From an uncultured Rhodobacteraceae bacterium (GTDB lineage: Bacteria > Pseudomonadota > Alphaproteobacteria > Rhodobacterales > Rhodobacteraceae), in contig CANMPD010000012.1 in assembly GCA_947499635.1 (NCBI GenBank), positions 35,857 through 99,856 of the forward strand: a stretch of DNA of 64,000 nt, read 5' to 3'. How positions within the stretch are numbered: the stretch's first letter is position 1; every line of letters starts with the position of its first letter. This document shows, piece by piece, positions 60,012 to 64,000 of this stretch. A model generated the notes under the pieces. The model was given only the letters and a program-made list of their open reading frames with translations. It searched no databases and had not been told where the DNA came from. The translations under genes were made by a program, and so were the position numbers.

Positions 60012-60066
60012 AGCCTCGCTCGCGCGTTTCAACACATGTTGATAGCACGGGCGGGGCTATCTTTTT
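60012..60066 (+). terminator. intra-operon terminator/attenuator after the TRAP SBP gene
   Basis: 14-bp stem AGCCTCGCTCGCGC/GCACGGGCGGGGCT (two G-U pairs, one mismatch) followed by ATCTTTTT. Confidence 0.5.
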
Positions 60067-60087
60067 GGATACAGGAGATACCAGCAA

Positions 60088-60732
60088 ATGGCCGGATCCT
60101 CTTTGGTGCTGACCGATGACAGTGGCCTCAGCCGCATCGATCGCACTCTTTATAAACTCGAAGGTATTTTAGCCCTGCTTTCTGGCCTTGCGGTGTTCTC
60201 TCTTATGCTCCTGGCCGTAGTGTCTGTGAGCGGGCGCAATGGATTTAACGCGCCCCTGCCCGGATATGTGGATTGGATCGAGCAAGCCATGCCACTCATC
60301 GCCTTTATGGGGATATCCTTCACCCAACGTGATGGCGGGCATATTCGCATGGATATGCTGGTAGGCGCACTTAAAGGGCGCGCGCTGTATCTCGTTGAAC
60401 TCATCACAACTCTGGCGATGTTGGCATTGATGGTGCTCATGGTTTGGGGCAGTTGGGCCCATTTCGATCGTAGTTTTGATTGGTATGCCCCCATGTGGAG
60501 CACCGACAGTTCAATGGACATTGCTTTGCCCATTTGGCCTGCCAAACTACTCGCTCCCGTTGCGTTTTTCGTTTTGTGCCTACGCCTTGTTTTACAAATT
60601 TACGCGTATATACGCGCCTTTATCCGAAACGATACGACACCAATAGCCGTCCCGTTGGTCGCCGATGCTGCGACCCAAGCCGCCATGGAAGCGGATCAAT
60701 TGGCTGAACGCGAAGAAAAGGATCCGAACTAA
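60088..60732 (+). CDS. TRAP transporter small permease (DctQ family)
   Basis: 214 aa, 4 TM helices, lies between the P and M subunit genes. Confidence 0.85.
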   Translation: MAGSSLVLTDDSGLSRIDRTLYKLEGILALLSGLAVFSLMLLAVVSVSGRNGFNAPLPGYVDWIEQAMPLIAFMGISFTQRDGGHIRMDMLVGALKGRALYLVELITTLAMLALMVLMVWGSWAHFDRSFDWYAPMWSTDSSMDIALPIWPAKLLAPVAFFVLCLRLVLQIYAYIRAFIRNDTTPIAVPLVADAATQAAMEADQLAEREEKDPN

Positions 60733-62132
60733 TGGAACCCATTGATATTGGACTAATCGTTACGGGCGGATTGCTTGTGACGGTTGTTTTAGGAATGCGC
60801 GTCGCCTTTGCTGCCGCTCTTGCCGGTATGATTGGCCTAATCTGGATCTTTTGGGCTAAGTTCGGTTATGATCCTGCACGCTTTTCTCGCGCCCTAACGA
60901 TTGCGGTTAAAACGGCTGGGCAAGTTCCGCACTCTAAGGTCTCCAGTCAGGCTCTGTCCTTGATCCCAACCTTTATTCTGATCGGATATCTTGCCTATTA
61001 CGCAGGTCTGACAAAGGCGCTGTTTGAAGCGGCAAAACGCTGGCTCGCTTGGGTACCGGGTGGTCTTGCGGTCTCAACCGTATTTGCCACCGCAGGCTTT
61101 GCAGCGGTGTCTGGCGCCTCTGTAGCAACTTCGGCTGTTTTTGCACGTATTGCGATCCCCGAAATGCTCGCTATCGGATATGACAAACGCTTTGCAGCCG
61201 GAGTTGTCGCGGCAGGCGGCACCTTGGCATCGCTGATCCCTCCTTCAGCTATTCTGGTGATCTACGCTATTATCGTGGAACAAGACGTGGGCAAGCTGCT
61301 CTTGGCAGGCTTTATCCCCGGCGCGTTTTCTGCAGTGATCTACGGTTTATTGATCGTTGGCCTCGCCTTAACAATTAAAGGATTTGGCCCGCGCGTCACA
61401 GGGTTTACCTGGGGCGAACGCTTTGCGTCATTACCTCCGGCCCTACCTATTCTCTTTGTGGTCGCGACAATTATCTTGTTCGTCTACAACCCCTTTGGCG
61501 GCGACGCATGGGGCACACCAACCGAAGGTGGCGCAATCGGGGCGTTTGTCGTGTTCTTGATGGCGCTTTATCGTGGCATGCGCTGGAGCGAGCTAAGATC
61601 TGCACTGCTTGAAACAGCGAAACTCTCGGTCATGATCTTTACCATCATCTGGGGTGTCCTGATCTACGTGCGGTTTTTGGGCTTTGCTGACCTGCCTGGC
61701 GCCTTTGCTGATTGGATCACGTCACTGACCTTGTCCCCCATGCTGATTTTGGTCTGCATTTTGCTCGCTTATGCGGTGTTGGGCATGTTTATGGATGCCA
61801 TTGGCATGCTGCTGCTTACCCTACCTGTCGTATATCCAGCTGTTATGGCCTTAAACGGCGGCGAAAGCGTTGCGGCGGCTGACAGTGCCTTTGGTATGTC
61901 AGGCCCCATGTGCGCGATCTGGTTTGGGATCTTGGTTGTGAAAATGGCAGAGTTCTGCCTGATCACGCCCCCCATCGGCCTCAACTGTTTCGTCGTTGCA
62001 GGCGTAAGAGATGATTTGTCCGTTCAGGATGTTTTCACAGGCGTGACGCCCTTCTTTATTGCGGACGCTATCACTATCGCGCTGCTGGTAGCCTTTCCCT
62101 CTATTGTACTTTGGCTCCCCAGCCTCGCCTAA
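60732..62132 (+). CDS. TRAP transporter large permease (DctM family)
   Basis: 466 aa, multi-TM, start overlaps the dctQ stop. Confidence 0.9.
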   Translation: MEPIDIGLIVTGGLLVTVVLGMRVAFAAALAGMIGLIWIFWAKFGYDPARFSRALTIAVKTAGQVPHSKVSSQALSLIPTFILIGYLAYYAGLTKALFEAAKRWLAWVPGGLAVSTVFATAGFAAVSGASVATSAVFARIAIPEMLAIGYDKRFAAGVVAAGGTLASLIPPSAILVIYAIIVEQDVGKLLLAGFIPGAFSAVIYGLLIVGLALTIKGFGPRVTGFTWGERFASLPPALPILFVVATIILFVYNPFGGDAWGTPTEGGAIGAFVVFLMALYRGMRWSELRSALLETAKLSVMIFTIIWGVLIYVRFLGFADLPGAFADWITSLTLSPMLILVCILLAYAVLGMFMDAIGMLLLTLPVVYPAVMALNGGESVAAADSAFGMSGPMCAIWFGILVVKMAEFCLITPPIGLNCFVVAGVRDDLSVQDVFTGVTPFFIADAITIALLVAFPSIVLWLPSLA

Positions 62133-62160
62133 CCTGGCTTGCAATAAACACCTGATAACA

Positions 62161-62195
62161 AACAAAAGCCCCCTGCAAAACAGGGGGCATTCCGG
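62161..62195. terminator. hairpin terminator after dctM (better U-tract on the minus strand)
   Basis: GCCCCCTG-caaaa-CAGGGGGC (62168-62188). The minus-strand reading is followed by UUUUGUUUGUU. Confidence 0.55.
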
Positions 62196-62419
62196 ACTTT
62201 AAGACATGGCTCCGCCATTTTGGCGGGGCCACATTTTTTGGTGCACTCTCTTCGAGGTAGTCCTTAAATCGTGTGAGCAGGGGGCGAATCTTTTTGTAGT
62301 AAACCTTCTTTGGGACCGCATCGAGATTAACACAGCAGCAATCACGTAACCTCGAACCACTTCCACACGGGCAAAGATGCCGATCCCTTTTCCATTTACG
62401 ACTGAGCAAAATAATGAGA

Positions 62420-63880
62420 CTTTTGGCGAATTCTGTTGAAAAACTCTTCCTTGATCGAGGGCTTATTAGCTGATTCAATTCCTTTATTGGTTGGAGGATT
62501 TGGCGATGATGGGACCGAAGCAAGAAGCGCAGGCGGCGCTGTTTTATGAGTTCTCGCTTGAAGACCATGTTCCCCAAGATCACCTGTTGCGATCGATTGA
62601 CCCGTTCGTCGATCTTGATGACATCCGTCAATACATAGCCGAGTTTTACAGCCACACGGGCCGCCCTTCGATTGATCCTAAGTTGCTGATCCGCATGCTT
62701 CTGGTGGGATATTGCTTTGGCATTCGGTCTGAGCGACGGCTGTGCGAAGAGGTTCATTTGAACCTGGCGTATCGTTGGTTCTGTCGCCTCGATCTGAACG
62801 AGCGCATTCCTGACCATTGCGTATTTCAAAGAACCGTCACGGGCGCTTTCGGGAAAGCAAACTGCTGCGGCATTTGTTCGAGAAGACCGTTGCGAGGTGC
62901 ATCGCGGATAGCTTGGTGAGCGGCCAGCGTCTCGCCTCGGATGCCAGCTTGATTGAGGCTGACGCCAACAAACAGAATTCCACACCGAAGGAAGATTGGG
63001 ACAACAATGCTATTGATCCTAACGATGCGCCCCGCGCCGTAAAGGAGTACCTCGACGTCTTAGGCGACGCAGGTTTTGGCGCAGCACCGCAGGTTGAGCC
63101 AAAATTCACATCTCATTCCGACCCTGCCAGTCAGTGGACTGCAGCCCGCAAAGGCCCTGCGTTCTTTAGCTATTCCACCAATTATCTCATTGATACTGAC
63201 CATAGCGTGATTGTGGATGTCGAGGGCACCAGGTCTACTATCCGGCAGCTCAGTGCGTACCATGCTTGATAAGATTAAGGATCTGCATGACATCGATCCT
63301 GAGCGATTGATCGCAGACAGTGCCTATGGATCAGGACCAATGTTGGGATGGCTGGTTGATCGCAACATCAAACCTCACATTCCTGTGCTGGATAAAGCTG
63401 GACGGACTGACGGCACATGGAGCCGCACTGACTTCGAATGGGACCCTGAGAACAACCAATACATCTGCTCTGAAGGCGAGCCGCTCAAGCAATTCCGACG
63501 CAATTACTCGGACCCGAACCGTGGGCCGACCGGTAAAGGCGTCGCTAAATATCAGGCGTTGAAGCACGCCCGCCAAGTGGCCCGCGATATTGCCAAAACC
63601 AAGCAGTATGCTGTCTCAATGAGGTTGCGAAAGAAGGTCGAGATGCTCTTCGCCCACCTTAAACGCATCCTCGGCTTGGGACGGCTCCGATTACGAGGAC
63701 CATGCGGTGCAAATGACGAATTCCTCCTCGCCGCAACCGCCCAAAACCTCCGCAAACTAGCCAAGATCTTTCCTGCACTGCAGCAAAGGTGCGAAGCCTG
63801 ACAAGAAAGGCACTCGCACTGTGTTTGAAACAATATTTTCTGCGCCTGCAACACGGTGTTTTCCACAGAATCGGCTATCA
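62420..63880 (+). mobile_element. decayed IS5/IS1182-type insertion sequence (boundaries approximate)
   Basis: Imperfect terminal inverted repeats GCGAATTCTGTTGAAAAAC (62426-62444) and GTTTTCCACAGAATCGGC (63858-63875) flank a frameshifted DDE transposase. Confidence 0.65.
62491..63801 (+). pseudogene. IS5/IS1182-family transposase, disrupted by two frameshifts and a probable internal deletion
   Basis: Three consecutive ORFs in frames 1/3/1. Part 1: N-terminal ...YSHTGRPSIDPKLLIRMLLVGYCFGIRSERRL... Part 2: SKNRHGRFRES...LIDTDHSVIVDVEGT. Part 3: ...LIADSAYGSGPMLGWL...RKKVEMLFAHLKRILGLGRLRLRG. Confidence 0.8.
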
Positions 63881-64000
63881 GCGGATTTTCAGCGCAATCA
63901 AGGTATCTTGCATACGATTGGATCAAGACCGCCACGCCATGCTTCAATTTACCGAAGGGCTAAGTTCCCTTGCATTTCAAATGATGATGGCCGTAAAAAT

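Noticed and set aside
62101-62985. 294-aa minus-strand ORF spanning the dctM 3' end, the terminator hairpin and the left part of the IS.
   Set aside because: It is a chimeric read-through. Its upstream two-thirds is antisense to the transposase, and its end is antisense to dctM. Only the short SEC-C-motif stretch (62335-62373) looks meaningful.
62815-63240. Programmed ribosomal frameshifting in the IS transposase.
   Set aside because: Two shifts of opposite sign are required, there is no slippery heptamer at either site, and an internal deletion is likely. This pattern indicates decay, not IS3/IS1-style recoding.
1-64000. Search by eye for tRNA, rRNA, tmRNA, RNase P or SRP RNA genes, CRISPR arrays, and defence or toxin-antitoxin modules.
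   Set aside because: I found no T-arm-like GGTTCGAAT motifs in intergenic DNA, no regularly spaced repeats of CRISPR dimensions, and no ORFs with recognisable nuclease, toxin or reverse-transcriptase motifs. Their absence cannot be proven without covariance-model scans.

Overview
Mostly core-genome window from an alphaproteobacterium. Gene order, protein sequences and a CcsR-type sRNA point to Rhodobacterales, but that assignment is inference. From 0.5 to 20.5 kb the minus strand carries the S10-spc-alpha ribosomal-protein supercluster (rpsJ to rplQ, with secY, adk and rpoA). The cluster is unusually fragmented. A low-GC BLUF photoreceptor gene sits between adk and rpsM. A 2-kb insert between rpmD and rplO carries an alpha/beta hydrolase, a DUF1127 gene and a two-hairpin CCUCCUCCC (CcsR/cuckoo-type) sRNA. 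A 2.4-kb insert between rplP and rpmC carries a 2OG-oxygenase-like gene, a P-loop NTPase and a VOC protein. A 430-bp non-coding spacer with two terminator-like hairpins separates rplW from rplB. tuf is not upstream of rpsJ. The remaining 43 kb is housekeeping and transport genes: fructokinase, a LysR / HisD-family dehydrogenase / DUF1045 group, rpe, a divergent stand-alone carboxyltransferase, usp, nfu, tsaB-rimI, a BMP-type ABC transporter, fghA, sthA, yaiI, a HAD hydrolase, an MFS transporter, zapE, folC-accD, gpmI, an envC-like gene, ctpA, panCB and a TRAP transporter. Oddities in that part include a two-gene glycosyltransferase islet with degenerate duplicated domains, a TAT-exported beta-sandwich protein paired with a YedZ-like membrane protein, an ada gene split by one in-frame TGA, a 657-bp unexplained intergenic region upstream of accD, a pair of uncharacterised genes, and a decayed IS5/IS1182-type element at the right end. 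I found no rRNA, tRNA or CRISPR array. All calls rest on reading the ORF translations and the sequence; no database search was possible.
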